Made by a program: the position numbers and the translations under genes. A stretch of 64,000 nt of DNA from positions 95,852,001 through 95,916,000 of the forward strand of contig OX597817.1 of the NCBI GenBank assembly GCA_951406725.2, written 5' to 3'. The notes beneath the pieces are model-generated. The model saw only the letters and a list, made by a program, of their open reading frames with translations, was not told where the DNA came from and ran no database searches. Each line of letters begins with the position of its first letter. Position 1 is the stretch's first letter. Below, piece by piece: positions 24,119 to 37,600 of the stretch. Origin of the DNA: Octopus vulgaris (lineage: Eukaryota).

Positions 24119-27100
24119 AATAATACATTACTTACATTATTTATATTTGACGGATATTCGTCCTCATCTTGTTTGTTGTTAACACATTTTCGGCTGACAT
24201 ACGAGGGGCGTTCAATAAGTAATGCCCCTGACCCACTTCCCATAGAAGTAGAGCAACGAAACTTGGCACAGTTATTAGTCTTTTTCTACATAGAAACCAA
24301 CCAGAGTTACGCATTTCTACCATCGTTTGATGCAGCTCTGGAGACCGTTTTTGTAGAAGACCCCAGCTTGGTCCTCCAACCACGACGTGACGTCAGAAAT
24401 CAAGGCTGCATCATCTGGGAAACGCTTTCCTTTCAAAAACAACTTCATGGCTGGGAAGAGGTGAAAATCCGAGGGTGCAAGGTCAAGAGAGTAGGGGCAT
24501 GGGGGAGGAGTTCATAGCCGCACGCCTGTGCTTCTGATCTGGCGACCATCGAGTTGTGGACCGGAGCGTTGTCCTGCAGGAGGAGGATGCCTTTGCTGAT
24601 CTTGCCCTGCCTCTTGATTTTGATAGCTTCTCTTAATTTCCTCAAAAGTGAAGCATAATAGGCTCCTGTAATTGTGGTACCCTTTGCCAGGAAATCTGTC
24701 ATCACTACTCCGTCCTGGTCCCAGAAGACTATGAGCATGACCTTGCTAGTGGGGGGCTGCACCCTTGCCTTCTTTGGAGGAGGTAAGTCACGGTGCTTCC
24801 ACTGCATTGACTGGACTTTTGTCTCTGGATCATAGTGATGGACCCAGGTTTCATCCTGTGTAATCAGTCTTTTGAAAAATGTTGACTCATCTTCTTGGCA
24901 CATCTCCAAATTCATCCTCGAGCACTCGACGCATTCTTGCTTCCGGAAAGGTGTGAGCAGCCTGGGAATCCATCTGGCAGACACCTTTTGCATATGCAAA
25001 TGGTCATGAATGATTGGTTTCCACAGACCTGGTACTAATCTTGACCTCGTGGGCTATTTGCCGAATAGTTATGTGTCGATCTTCCAAAATGGCAGCCTCA
25101 ACTTGATGGACAGATGCCTCATCAATAGCACTAGGGGGCGACCAGATCTGGGAACTGTTTCCACAGAGTTCCGACCATGTTTGAATTCACAATGCCAGCG
25201 TTTTACAAGGGCATATGATGGGGCATCCTCACCATAAGTTACTTTTATTTCATCAAAAGTCTCCCGTGGTGTGCATCCTTTCAAATATAAAAAGCGGATC
25301 ACTGCCCGACACTCAACAGGCTCCATTTCACACTTGACTCAGTTCAAACACCTGTAAATCAGAAACCACAATTAGTTCAGAGCTGTAATTTACTACTTAA
25401 TCTATAGAGATATATATAATTGCACATGCAACATTTCAGCTAGATCAAACAATTGCAAGTGGGTCAGAGGCATTACTTATTGAACGCCCCTCGTACCCTC
25501 CAGCCTTCATCAGGTGTCTTGAGGAAATTTTGAACCTGGGTTCTTATTCCTAAGGTATTTTTTGATGTTGCTAATATTATTAAAGTCACTGCCTGGAATA
25601 GAACTCGGAATCTTCGGGTTAGTAGCCCGCGCTCTTAACCACTACGCCATATGCTCGTGGGCATATTTAGGGAATTTACTTGAATAGTATGCATTTATAT
25701 CAAATTGAAGGAACGAGAACGTCTATTCTGTAATGATGTAAACCAGGATAGGACTTCCTTAGTGTTAGACCATAAATTAACGTCAATTTTTGGAGTAAAT
25801 TTAGGTATGATCTTATCTAGGATAGACTTACTAAGCCGGCCGATATCCGATCTAGTGGGGCATATGAGTCCAACGGCAACAACACAAATGAAAATCGAAA
25901 TAAAAACAAAAGTTCTTCATACAAACCCCAAACTAATTATAAGAATAAGAAGCGTAGCGTACACAAAGGTAAAAACGGGAATAAACGTGGCGTAACATGG
26001 TATAACCCACCCCCTTCAATTACATAATAATATTAATATATGTAGAAAATTATTTAGTATACTAAAGCGCAATTTCCCTCCTTCACACAAATATTACCGT
26101 TTATTCTCCCGCAGAAATGTTAAGGTATCCTACTCAACTCTCCCAAATCTAGGTACAATTATAGCTGGCCTGAATAAAAAGCACATATCCGTGGCCGGAT
26201 ATTAAGAATAATACTCCTAACAGCACCGCTCTTAATAAAAATTGCAGTAAGAATAACCATGATAATAATGTTAATATTCGTCGTATTACAACAATCTCAA
26301 TCGACACTAATACTGTACACACCAATACGAACAGCGAGCAAGCCCTACCAATTAGTAGATATTATATTGGCATCAGTCAGCCTGCCATACAAGGGATAGT
26401 AGCAGTAATAACTCTGCCACAACAACTCATGGTAGTAGGAGTACTGATTCTACCAGATTAATCTAACACCATACCACTCCCTACAATCCTAAAACTCTCT
26501 CCGCTAGCTGTAAGGACCACCCATCTACTTCCATTCATGTTGTCAATATGCTCAACGCACAGAACATTAACACTTGTGCTGAAAAATTTTCCGTTATATC
26601 GCCCACCCTTGTCTCTCTAGTGTCACTATCTGGAAGCGAAATCTCTTATTACAATGCTCAGTACCAACATTCTGCGACCCTGGGCACGGTAACTAATTAT
26701 AATGGTATTGATATTAGTAATATAAACCCCGGTAACAACCATGCGAACACCAGTAACTCCCGCGAGCTTGAACTATTACACCATAATAACGTAGGATCGC
26801 GTACCCGTAATAACAAGTTTCATGTCTTAGAAAATATTGGGTGCAATCGTTTAGACACAATGTCAAGTGTGGTGTACAAGTGTAATGTTGTGACGGAAAC
26901 CGATACTTATATTTATATCGGTTGCTCCATAAATCTCAAGGAGCGCTTACGTAAACATTATTCTTCATTTAAATTAAGACATGGGGCAGGCAGGAATTCT
27001 CTAGTCACGAAGATTTTGGAGCTTAAGGATGACAATGTTAAATTTGATTTGAGTTGGGACATCATTAGGGTCGCTAAAGTGCACTCGAACAACAGATACG

Positions 27101-27200
27101 GGTGCAGGCTTTGCTGCATGGAGCTGTTTGAAATTCTAATAAATAACCAATGAGACCGTCGTCTTTCCTGTATACATAAGGCTACCCGCACCTTTAAATA
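23200..27200 (+). mobile_element. Old fragmented Penelope-like element (RT relic ~23200-23760, GIY-YIG ~26850-27180) interrupted by other repeats
   Basis: PYRKLNE..KYVSKFSNHP near 23575; HKYYRLFSRRNVKVSYSTLPNL near 26085; VVYKCNV..YIYIGCSINLKERLRKH..CRLCCMELFEIL. Confidence 0.75.
24202..25493 (-). mobile_element. Mariner DNA transposon, 1292 bp, frameshifted transposase
   Basis: TIRs cgaggggcgttcaataagtaatgcc..; TA TSD at 24200-24201 and 25494-25495; HTH region RAVIRFL..VKRW..FK.GR, WIPRLL, ITQDETWVHHYDPE, LLQDNAPVH. Confidence 0.95.
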
Positions 27201-28161
27201 TTTTAAGAACACTAAACAACTTCTATAATAGCTCCTAACCTAGGACCAGTCAAATTTTATTCCCACTATTATTGATTCAAAAGTCGATTGACCTGCTTAA
27301 TTGTTTTAAGTCCTTCTACTTTCGTTCTCTACCTTACTTCCTAACCACTCTTATTATACTTGTATGGTATGCTATATTGAAGGAACTAACCATTCTATCT
27401 GTGGTGAACTCAGTATTATGCAATAGCGATAGCAAACTAGAAGTAGCAGCTGCACATCCTTGCCAGTTCTACTAAGATACCAAGATACAGTTATTTGTAT
27501 TGCGCTTGTTAAATAATTGATGGAACACACTCTCCAAACATCTTAGCCACGACTGTTGTCCGGAGTTGTATGGCCTCATTTGCACAGTGGTGATTATACT
27601 ATCTAATTAAATAATATCAACGTCACCTATATAACATTCGATGTCATTAATCATTAGACTACTTTCTACTGCTGACTTTCTCAGATATCCCATTTAATTT
27701 TTTTCTCTAACGCCGTTGGGTTATTATATAACGCCACATTTCTTTGAATGCCTAAATGATAAGTAGTACTCTACTATTACTCCCAGGGTTTTCCTCTCCA
27801 AGCAAACATGTCCTAATATTATAAGTGGTCCTCACTAACCCACATAACATATTCGTATCTAAAACAACACCCTATAACTTTCCACTTTACCAGATAAATC
27901 ATAAAACCTTATTAGTCGATTGCCTTCGTACCTTCCCCCAACTTTCAACCTTTATCCACAGAATACTTCTAAATTCTGTGTATCTCCACCCGCCTCCCTT
28001 TGTTCTTTAGCCTTAGCTAGCGAACCCTAAACTCCGACCCTATGTCTATGCATTTATTTTTCTTTACTAGGTCTTCTATTAAAAAATGAGTAAGAAACAG
28101 CTGTAATGAACTGACAATTATCCATCGTCTGTCAGTATTAATTTAATTATATATATATATA

Positions 28162-31100
28162 CTAGCAGAATTGCCCGGCGTTGCTCGGGGCTGAATTGCT
28201 TGAAAGTACTGTTAATGATTGCACTGAATTATGATGATTATTCAGGCAAATATTGATATAAGTTTACGGCGAATGAATGTATTTGTAAGTGTATAGAAAG
28301 CCGTGTAAAGGTGTTCCTACCCCCTCGTAGAATGGTGTAAGAATTGAATGCGAGGTTGCCTTGAAAAGAGCCATGTTATTGTTCTCATAATTGTAAGAAT
28401 TTGATAGTCGTGGAAGGTGATGTAAAACGTTCGCAGGTGAATAGGGTCTCTTCGTTTTGCACGAACGGCAGCGGATGTGCTGTTACAAAACTTGATGCTG
28501 TGTTAAAAGAGAGTGGATTTCATATGTAGGCAAGAGAGGAATGAAGCATGGGTAAGTAAATATGTGTAATTTATAAAATATAGAACAATAGCATCTACTC
28601 ACCATATGTCAGACCGGCAAGACTGTAGTGGTGCTGATTAGGTGAATCACAATACAATGGTGGAGATGTTTTCATTGGTGGGCGTTTTGATTAAATTTGT
28701 TGTTGTATAAAATGATCTGTTGATTAGTTTCGAAAGTGTATGTTGCGATCGTGTTGTCGCTCATGTAAACTTTAACAGTGAGAGTGTAGATGTAGGGGGT
28801 AGATGTGTCATGTACGTTGGATATAGAAGATGAGGCTGGTGGTTTGATGATGAATGGATAGAAATAGAGTTGAGCGAAGGACAGGTGTTGGTTAAGTGTG
28901 AGTTAATGTTATGAAACGCCTAGAAATGTAAATGCCGTCATAAAAGAGAGTCGTATGTAAGTGAAATACTAACGTGTTTGAAAATGATGAAACGTAGTAA
29001 TCCTATAAAACCTCCTTGTACACAATGTTTTTTGTTTTTCGTTGTGGAAGGAATGCGAAAGCATCACTGTTGCTGCCGACACGCGAGCAGCTAACATAAA
29101 GCTGACCATGAGAGAAACATGGCTCTCCCAAATGTATTCCTGCCACAGACAGTGTTTGATCCTGCGCTTTGTTAATTGACATTGCGAAACATGACCTTAC
29201 TGGGAACTGGGACCTCTGAAATATGAAAGGTAGGTCTGCTCCTGATGGGAAAAGATGCATCCTAGGTATGAGCACAACGTTGCCTCAACCGCATCCTGTG
29301 ATAATGGTGGCCTCAATCAGATTGGGAGATAAGGACTTAACGATCAAACGTGTGCCATTACATTGTTTTGGGGAACCAAATTTCTAATGAGCATTATAGG
29401 GGCACCAACTTTAAGTTTGAGAATGTGTGGTGGTAGTCCGGGGGGGCTCAAAGGAATTGAGTACCTCTATTGGATAATTGATGACGTCGTCTGGGTCAGG
29501 AGTTGTATCGATAGACTTATATACATAGACATCCCCAGGAATGAGTTTTAGCATTTCATCATTAATATGGTGAACAGTTTTATTCCTCGGGGCCAGAATA
29601 GCCCTTTGGCCAATCCAATCCATATTCTGATAATTAGCTTGTAGATCTGGGAATACTGCATCTCTGAGATCAGAAGGCGTGTTAACAATGGTACAAATGG
29701 AATTGATGGCAATATTACCATTTTCATCCCCTGGTATTTTGCCTTCGCCAAGTGCAAGGAGGGTGTGAGAAAATGCTGCTGATATGATATCACGTCGCAT
29801 ATGAGCACGCATATTGGTGTGAAGTTTGAGAGTCTTCACCAGTGGCCACAATGTGGATGACTTAAGACACGCACTTACAGCATCAGCTCTAGTCCCTTTG
29901 GGAATAACGGGAAGTGTTTGTCGGAAGTCCCCTGAAAGAAGAAGTGTTATGCCTCCCATGAGAGCTGAAGAGTGTTTGATGTCTCTGAGAGATCTATCTA
30001 GTGCCTCAAGAGCACCTCTGTGGGCCATCGTGCATTCATCCCAAACGATAAGCTTGCATCGTCTGAAGACTTCTGCCTGATCGGAGCTGTTACTGATGTT
30101 GCAAGTTGGTGTCTCAGTCTTCGCTAAGTCAAGTGGGAGTTTGAAAGTAGAGTGAGCTGTCCTGCCACCTGGCAACAAAGTAGCCGCAATTCCAGATGAT
30201 GCCACAGCTAGGGCAATGCCTTGTGTTCGCCTAATCTCAGCCAATATTAATTTGTTGACAAAAGTTTTCCCAGTGCCCCCAGGAGCGTCCAGGAAAAAAA
30301 TGTCCCCAGCTTTGGCCCGGACTGAATTAACAACGGAGTTGTAAGCGAACTTCTGTTCTGGAATGAGCTTTGGCTCATTGTCGGCTATGTACTCGGCAAG
30401 CTCGTCAACATTAAAACATGTCTCACGCAGCAAATGTGAAGACAGAGTGTTTGTGCCTTCCCGGTTTGTTGAAGGTAGGCCATAGACCGGCAAGGCACTA
30501 CCGCCCATATCGAGTACAGTATCTTCGATTTCAAGCAGCGCCCTGTTGTAAATGAGGTCAGTGTACCCCACCTCCATTGATGGATGTAGCGATTGAGCGT
30601 GACGTAGGAAATCTTCAGACATATCATCTTTGTAGGTAAACCATAAAGAGGCGGGATTAGCCAAGTCACACCATAGTAATAGAATAGCGAAAAGCGATCT
30701 GATTTTTTTAGGAGATTTTAATGAAACACCTTCTGCCATAGTGGCGCCCCATTGTGAATCATCCTCCAAAAGTCGACGCCGAAAACAGGCTTCACGGAAA
30801 GTATCACATAATACACCATCAACAGTTCTGATGTCTTGAAAACTTTGTGGGCCTAAAACCTCATGGAGGAGAAGGCGCAGGTGAAAACAGTCATGTTGGT
30901 TTGGAGGTACAGTGTAGACTCTTCCTAGACAACTGTTAAACTTGACACCAGGATGTCCTTCAACATCCTGACCCGACTTCCTACGCACCCAATTGTTGTT
31001 TGACCACACGTAGTAGGACGGGACCTGAGGGTATAAAAGTGTTTTAGCAAATGTGCCAAGTTGGCAAAGCCTAAAGAAACCGGTCAAAGTTGTTTGTTTT

Positions 31101-32560
31101 GGATTTGCCGCCAAATCAGCTGCAGTCTGTTCAGTAAAGTAAGTTCGTTGGCCATTTTCCAAATGAACCGCTAGTTGTATGATGGCGGGGTGCCTTTGGT
31201 GAAGTGGAAACCCGAATATCCGCCAAAAAGCTTCACCACTGCTTATGTACCGACCTGCCATGTACTGTGACACCTCGTCCATGCTATTGTCCTTTTGAAG
31301 GCCAAACATGGCAGCGTCAGAACCCTTGTTAACATATTTACATATATACTTTATAGACTTGACTGAATGACAGAACTCCACATTTATGTGAGCGTTAAAA
31401 GTTTTCATCAGAAATGGACAGTACGGCACTACCCACCTATTATCCACTTGATGACCCCGTAACGTTATAGTGAATCCACCATTGTCAGGTTGCCTTCTTC
31501 TGTACAGTGGGTATCCGTCGCGGCCGGTCTGGGTCTCGTCCACGAACCTCTTTGGGTACCGTTTAGTGCACACGTGGTCTTTGTGGCATGAGGAGAACTT
31601 TTGAAAACCAGGAGCGCACGGACCGTGTACCATGTGTGCCTTCACAATGTCGTACAGCTGCCGGTTAACAGTTGGGTCCGGAATTTCTGCTGCAATGAGA
31701 TCATCAAGAACTGTTGGGTCTATTTTGTTGACCAACCAAAGCAAAATGTGCGCGTGTGGCAACCCTCTTTTCTGCCACTCAACAGTATACATGTGGCAGT
31801 TAACAGGCCGAAAAACCTGTTTTTTTTTATTAAAAGAATGAGCTTAGCCAGTTTCTGCCTGAAAACCCTTGCAATAATATCATGGCGATGATAGTACTGC
31901 TGCCCTGGGAAAAGTTCTCGCGTTACCTCAACCCACTTTGGGTTACATGTAAAGGTAATGAATAAATCGGGTCGCCCATAATGCCGAACGTAAGTAATAG
32001 CGTCTTGTGTTCGCTCGTGCATGTACCGTGGGCCCCCTATATAGGTTGAGGGGAGAATGCACATTTTGCCGATATTGCGGGCGTCAGTGTCATTCTTGGT
32101 GAATGAAATGTGGAAAAATGTAAACCGTGGAAGGAAAAGAAATAAATATTAGCAGCTGAAAGAAATTTTTTATGCAAGTATAGCGACAGAGTGTGTAAAA
32201 TGTATAGAAATTTGAATTAAAAGCCAGAAAAGAAAGTTAGATTTGCAAGAAAGGAAGTAGTTTACGTACATGTTCGAAATGTGAAGTGCTGTTTAATCAA
32301 ATATTTGCGTAAAGTGTATAGAAACGTAACTTGAAAAAGATAATGAATTGAAATTTTTAAGAAAGGAATTTGTTTACATACATGTGTGAAATGGCAAATG
32401 TTTGTGCAGTTGTCCGAAATGGAACCAGGGTAAATGTGTGGAACTGATGTATTATAATGAATAGTCCTTCTTGAACTGAAAACCAGTGGTGTAGCATATA
32501 AGAGCATAAGAGATCTTCTTCTAGCCAAAATGGATGACTAGTCTGAATGGCTCACCCCTG

Positions 32561-32652
<92 letters not shown>

Positions 32653-33298
32653 AGACACGCACACACACACACACACACACGTTAGCTTACAATGTCTGTC
32701 AACAATTGACACTGTCGTATATATTAGCGTGTCTATGTGTCTAAAGAGGAAGTGGGAGTAATAGGCAGAGTAAAGGCTTCAAAGTAAAAGAGTTAAATGT
32801 TAAAATATTGAGTTTTCTCGAATTTTGTCTTAAGTGGGGGTGAAATTGAAAGAAATTTTGTATGGCATGACCGAATGGAAGTACTTGTAAAAATCATAGG
32901 TAAACTGTAATTGAAGAAATTGTGTGAGGAGTAAATCGTTATGTATTTATTTGTTTCTGTTTGCTGTTTTTTTTTTGAGTAGTGTTGTAAGGTACACTTG
33001 CAAAGAGAAAGTAGTAGAAATTAGGGTGATAGCATGAGTGAAGCAGTTCGCTCCGTTTGTGTGTGTGTGTGTGTGCTGTAGCACACACTAAGAAAAGCAC
33101 TTCACTTACACACCACAATGCGAGTTTTCTCAAAATTTTGCTTAATTGGTGGTGAAATTTGAAAAACTGTACCTGGCACGACCCGATGTATTCTACTCTT
33201 AATAATGCTAGGTAAATTGTAATTGAAGAAATCCTATATTGTAGATTTCTATAAGAGACAAAGGGAGGCAGATAAAATCTGCCTTTTATAATAAGAGA
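28162..33298 (-). mobile_element. Helitron with both termini, inserted in (TA)n
   Basis: 5' TC at 33298; 3' hairpin cccgagcaacgccggg then CTAG ending 28162; A|T target. Confidence 0.92.
29003..32064 (-). pseudogene. Helitron Rep (HUH) - Pif1 helicase, frameshifted and N-terminally truncated
   Basis: PDLFITFTCNPKW, VEWQKRGLPHAHILLW, KYICKYVNKG, FLDAPGGTGKTF, IVWDECTM, GDFRQTLPV, FAMSINKAQ.QTL, HGQLYV..SRV; frameshifts near 31820 and 29440-29280. Confidence 0.95.
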
Positions 33299-33538
33299 TA
33301 TATATATATAACAATAATGGAGGATAAAACTTTAAAAAAAAATTATCAGTGGCCAGCATATAAAAGGAAACCGATTAAGCTGAAATTATATGTATAATTA
33401 TAAGGGCTCCGAAAGAAATTTTTTAGCCTATATGCTGGAAAATAGACGCTAAATCGTTTCACCACTCAAAGAATTCACAAACACATGTGCTGAATTTGAC
33501 GCAACAAGCCAACGGAAATTATTAATAAAATAGATAGC

Positions 33539-33591
33539 CCTGTATCAGCTAATTTCTGGATCTGCCCAATGGATCTTCCGTCTTCAGCAGG
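33539..33591 (-). ncRNA. Hammerhead-like motif in a TA-flanked repeat (about 33310-33870)
   Basis: Minus strand: CCUG-CUGAAGA-cGGA..UCCa-GAAAU-UAGCUG-AUA-CAGG; stem II closing pair mismatched. Confidence 0.5.
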
Positions 33592-33935
33592 ACATGCTTA
33601 AGAAATAAAAAAAATATTTATTTATACTTACAGGAAAGCAAAACCCCAAATACATATAAAAACTCCAGATACCTTAGAAATGAATTTCGTAGCTTGCCTC
33701 AACAATATGTCTATTCGGTCGCCATAGCAGTTAGGTAGCTATGCTGTCCCGAAGTGAAGAAATTTTTCAATTACAATAATAGGGGATAAAACTTTTTAAA
33801 AAAGTTTGTGACTTCTTTGAGTGGTGAGACATATAGACTAGAAAATTTCTTTTTAAGTCCTTATTATAATTATACATATAATTGTATGTGTGTATATATA
33901 CATATATATATACATACATATATATATATACATAC

Positions 33936-34003
<68 letters not shown>

Positions 34004-34033
34004 ATATATACATATACATATATATATATATAC

Positions 34034-34078
<45 letters not shown>

Positions 34079-34091
34079 TACATATATATAC

Positions 34092-34193
<102 letters not shown>

Positions 34194-34619
34194 CGGTTTT
34201 CGGAGAGGAAAGACGTGTTTGCTTTAGCTCTGTGAAAAAACAAAAAGGTTTGCATAAATCGACGAAATAATCTACTAAAAGTAACAAAACGTAGAACTCA
34301 TAAAGTACATTAAAATACATTAATTAAAAATATATTAATCAAAAACGTAATATATTTCGCTTGAAGCCAAATATAATACAGTAAAGTTAGTTATGCATGC
34401 TAGAAACTTCGCCGAAAAAGCACGTGGTGGCAAGTGTTTAATTATCTTCAGCCAAATGTAAGAAGGAAAAAGAATTGTTTTCTTTTCTGTTGTGAAAGAA
34501 AACTTCTTCGTACAAGCACGAGGGTTTGGACTGTACCTTTCAAGATAAGTATCGCTTGTAATTGTTTGTTTATTAATTTTTTATTTTCCTTTAATATAAG
34601 CTAACATCTCAGTTACGAC

Positions 34620-37600
34620 TTACGACGCCATCTTTGTTTACATTCTGAGAATAACTTTCTTTCAATTTCTGTTTCGCTTTCATATGTTTATTTTCCTGTA
34701 ATTAGTTTAGAATTAAATAATTCCTTCATTTCCTCACTTTCCTCTACCTCCTCTCTCTTCCCTTACATATATTCCCCCACTTCCAGCTCCTTTCTCCATT
34801 CCTTTATCTCTCTTTACGCTTACCCTTTCCCTCTCTCTTGCATATCTTACTCCTTTTCCCATCTCTCCTCCTCCCTTTCATCTCTCCTCCTCCACTTCTC
34901 TCATTTCTCTTTCCTTTCCATCTCACCTCACACTCTCTCATATACTTCTCATTCGCCCATTCTTCTCACTCCGTCTCTCCCTCTCTCTCACATCCTTCAT
35001 CCTGTCTCTCCTTCACTCTGTCTCTCTTTCTCTTGTTATCCTCTCCTCCCCTCTGTTTCTCTTTCTCTTCCCCTCCTCTCCTTCACTCTGCCTCTCTTTC
35101 TTTTCCCCTCTTCTCCTTCACTCTGTCTCTCCTTCTATTCCCCTCCTCTCCCCCTACCTTCCTCTATCTTTTTAGCACACCACACCCCCCTTGCTTTCCT
35201 CCTATCACCCTCTTCATTTCTTTCATAGCACCTCTCTCTTTCCTTCCTATCTCCCTCTCTCTTTCCCTATTTCCCCCCTCTGTGTTTCTCCGTCTCTACC
35301 TTTCTCTATCCCTCATTACCTCTCTAGCCTCTACTCCCCCTCTGGACCTCAAAACGAAGATAGCACCAAAGTGGGAAAAGAAAGAGTTAAATCTTCTGCT
35401 GAGAGCATGGACGATTGCTAGTGGTGATCCGCTGAACAACATCATCACTGCCGCGCTAAAAAACAATGGATTTCATAGAACCATTGACCAGATAGAGCGG
35501 AAGAAAAGTGAGTTTATCCGGTCTTATATGCTTATAACACCACACATCAAAATACTGGACAACATAATTGAAAATTATTGTGGCAAAGCGGATGAGGATG
35601 AAGAGGACGAAAAATAGAAGGAACTCAGAAGTCTCTGTGATCCAGGGGTTCCTCAGGAAAATGGATCACCTACCCCGGTGAACGACCAGGTAGTGAAGGA
35701 TAGGAGAACCAAGGGAGCAGAAACCGGAAGCCCCCCTGTACCAGTGGTCCTACGAAGAAATGAAAAATTAGAAAAACAGAAGAAAAAAGGAAGGACCGAA
35801 AACAAAATAAGGAGGGAAAAGGAGGAAAAGGCAAAACAACCAAAGCTGAAACCCCAACCCACCACACAAACAGCAGAGAACCCCATGGAGGATCCAATGC
35901 CACCCAGTACACTTCAGAAACGAAGAAATCTGGAAGGCACCGAAGAACCTGTAAGTTCTACCTGTGGGGCAAATGTTGGCATGGTGAGGATGGCAAAAAC
36001 TGCCGGTTCGCCCACCCGACACCCCGCCAGAACTTCAGGGGACTCAAGGAGAAAAACTTTACCGAGGGAACACAAGAAATGTCTCCCAGGAAAACTTTCA
36101 AAATCGAAGTGCGCTCCTCAGATGTTCTGCGCAACGCAGCAGCTGAGCAAGAGTCTTTTTTATGCATGGCGGAAAGAATTGTCCGGCAGCTAACCTGGCT
36201 ACACCAAGCACAGAGAAGGAACCCTGCCCACCACTATGCAAGACCACCACAGTCAACAGACACGGGATGGCCTCCCCTAACGCCTGCACAGCCGTCACCC
36301 CAATACTTTTACTAAATATTGGGGGCCTGTTGCATCAAAATAAAAACAAAATTTCTTTCCTGAGAGATCTTACTGCATCCAATCAAGCCCTATGCATAGC
36401 ACTTGTGGAAACTCACCTCAACCCTGATATAGAGGACGCAGAAGTACACATACCAAACTATGCCATACTGCAAACAGACAGAAGGGAAAGGAGCCATGGT
36501 GGAGTTGCTGTATACATCCGAGATGACCTCACACCCCAGGTCTTAATGACATACTCAAATTCGGTATGTGACACTTTAATATAGTCATATGCAATACATA
36601 TTGCCCACCGGATGCCCCAAATCACATAGGAAAGTTTGAAGATTGCCTCACAAGAATTAAAGAAATCCTCATGAATCTGGAACACCACGTGACCGTATTT
36701 CTTATGGGTGATTTCAACTTCCCCAATGTCAAATGGTCCGAAGGTCACATACTCTCAGGAATGAATCATTTCAAGCAAGTACAGGTGGAGACCCTGCTCA
36801 ACCTCACTAGTGCCTTATTCATGGAGCAAGTTGTACTCAAGCCAACTAGGGCGAATAACATTCTGGATCTCTGCTTCACCAACAATATGGACATCATTCA
36901 TGATGTGAAAGTGACACCGACATCAGTTTCGGATCACAACATAATAGAGCTGTCTATGTTTGGGCCAAAAGTAACCAGAGACATACAGCCTAAAGGAAGC
37001 ACCCGAAATCTCTCCAATCTGAACTTCCACAAAGCAGATTGGAAATCGATCCAAAAAGAGATCCTCAGAGAGGACTGGCCGGAATGTCTCTCCACACCAG
37101 ACATTGACATGAAACTAGAATGTTTCATGTCTTCTGTGCCAAGCCGTATGCCAGAAATATGTCCCAGAGCACAAGGCCAAAACAAATAGGAGCAAGATTC
37201 CAAGAGACAGGAAGATCCTCATGAGACGACGGACGAAGGTTGCATATCGTCTCAACCAACATCCCAAAAGTATCGAAACGCCCCGCCTAAAAATAACACT
37301 GATGGAGATCGAAAAAAGGCTGCAACAATCCTATGTGAAGGAGAAAGCAGACAAAGAAGCCTGGGTTATAAAAAACATTAAATCAAACCCAAAGGCCTTC
37401 TTTCATTACGCGAAAGAAACAGTCTCAGTGCACTACAAGATAGGACCCTCATCCAAAAGGATGGCTCCCTCACAGACAGTCCAACTAAGATCAGTGAGAT
37501 GCTGAATGACCAGTTCAAAAGTGTCTTTACCACCCCGTTGGAACACAGACAAGTGAACGAACCAGTGGAATTCTTTGCCGCCTCACCTATAACCAGCGAG

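Noticed and set aside
34838-35340. Hydrophobic Ser/Leu/Pro/Phe N-terminal part of the 259-aa ORF as a membrane protein
   Set aside because: Translation of a CT-rich low-complexity tract in the LINE 5' region.
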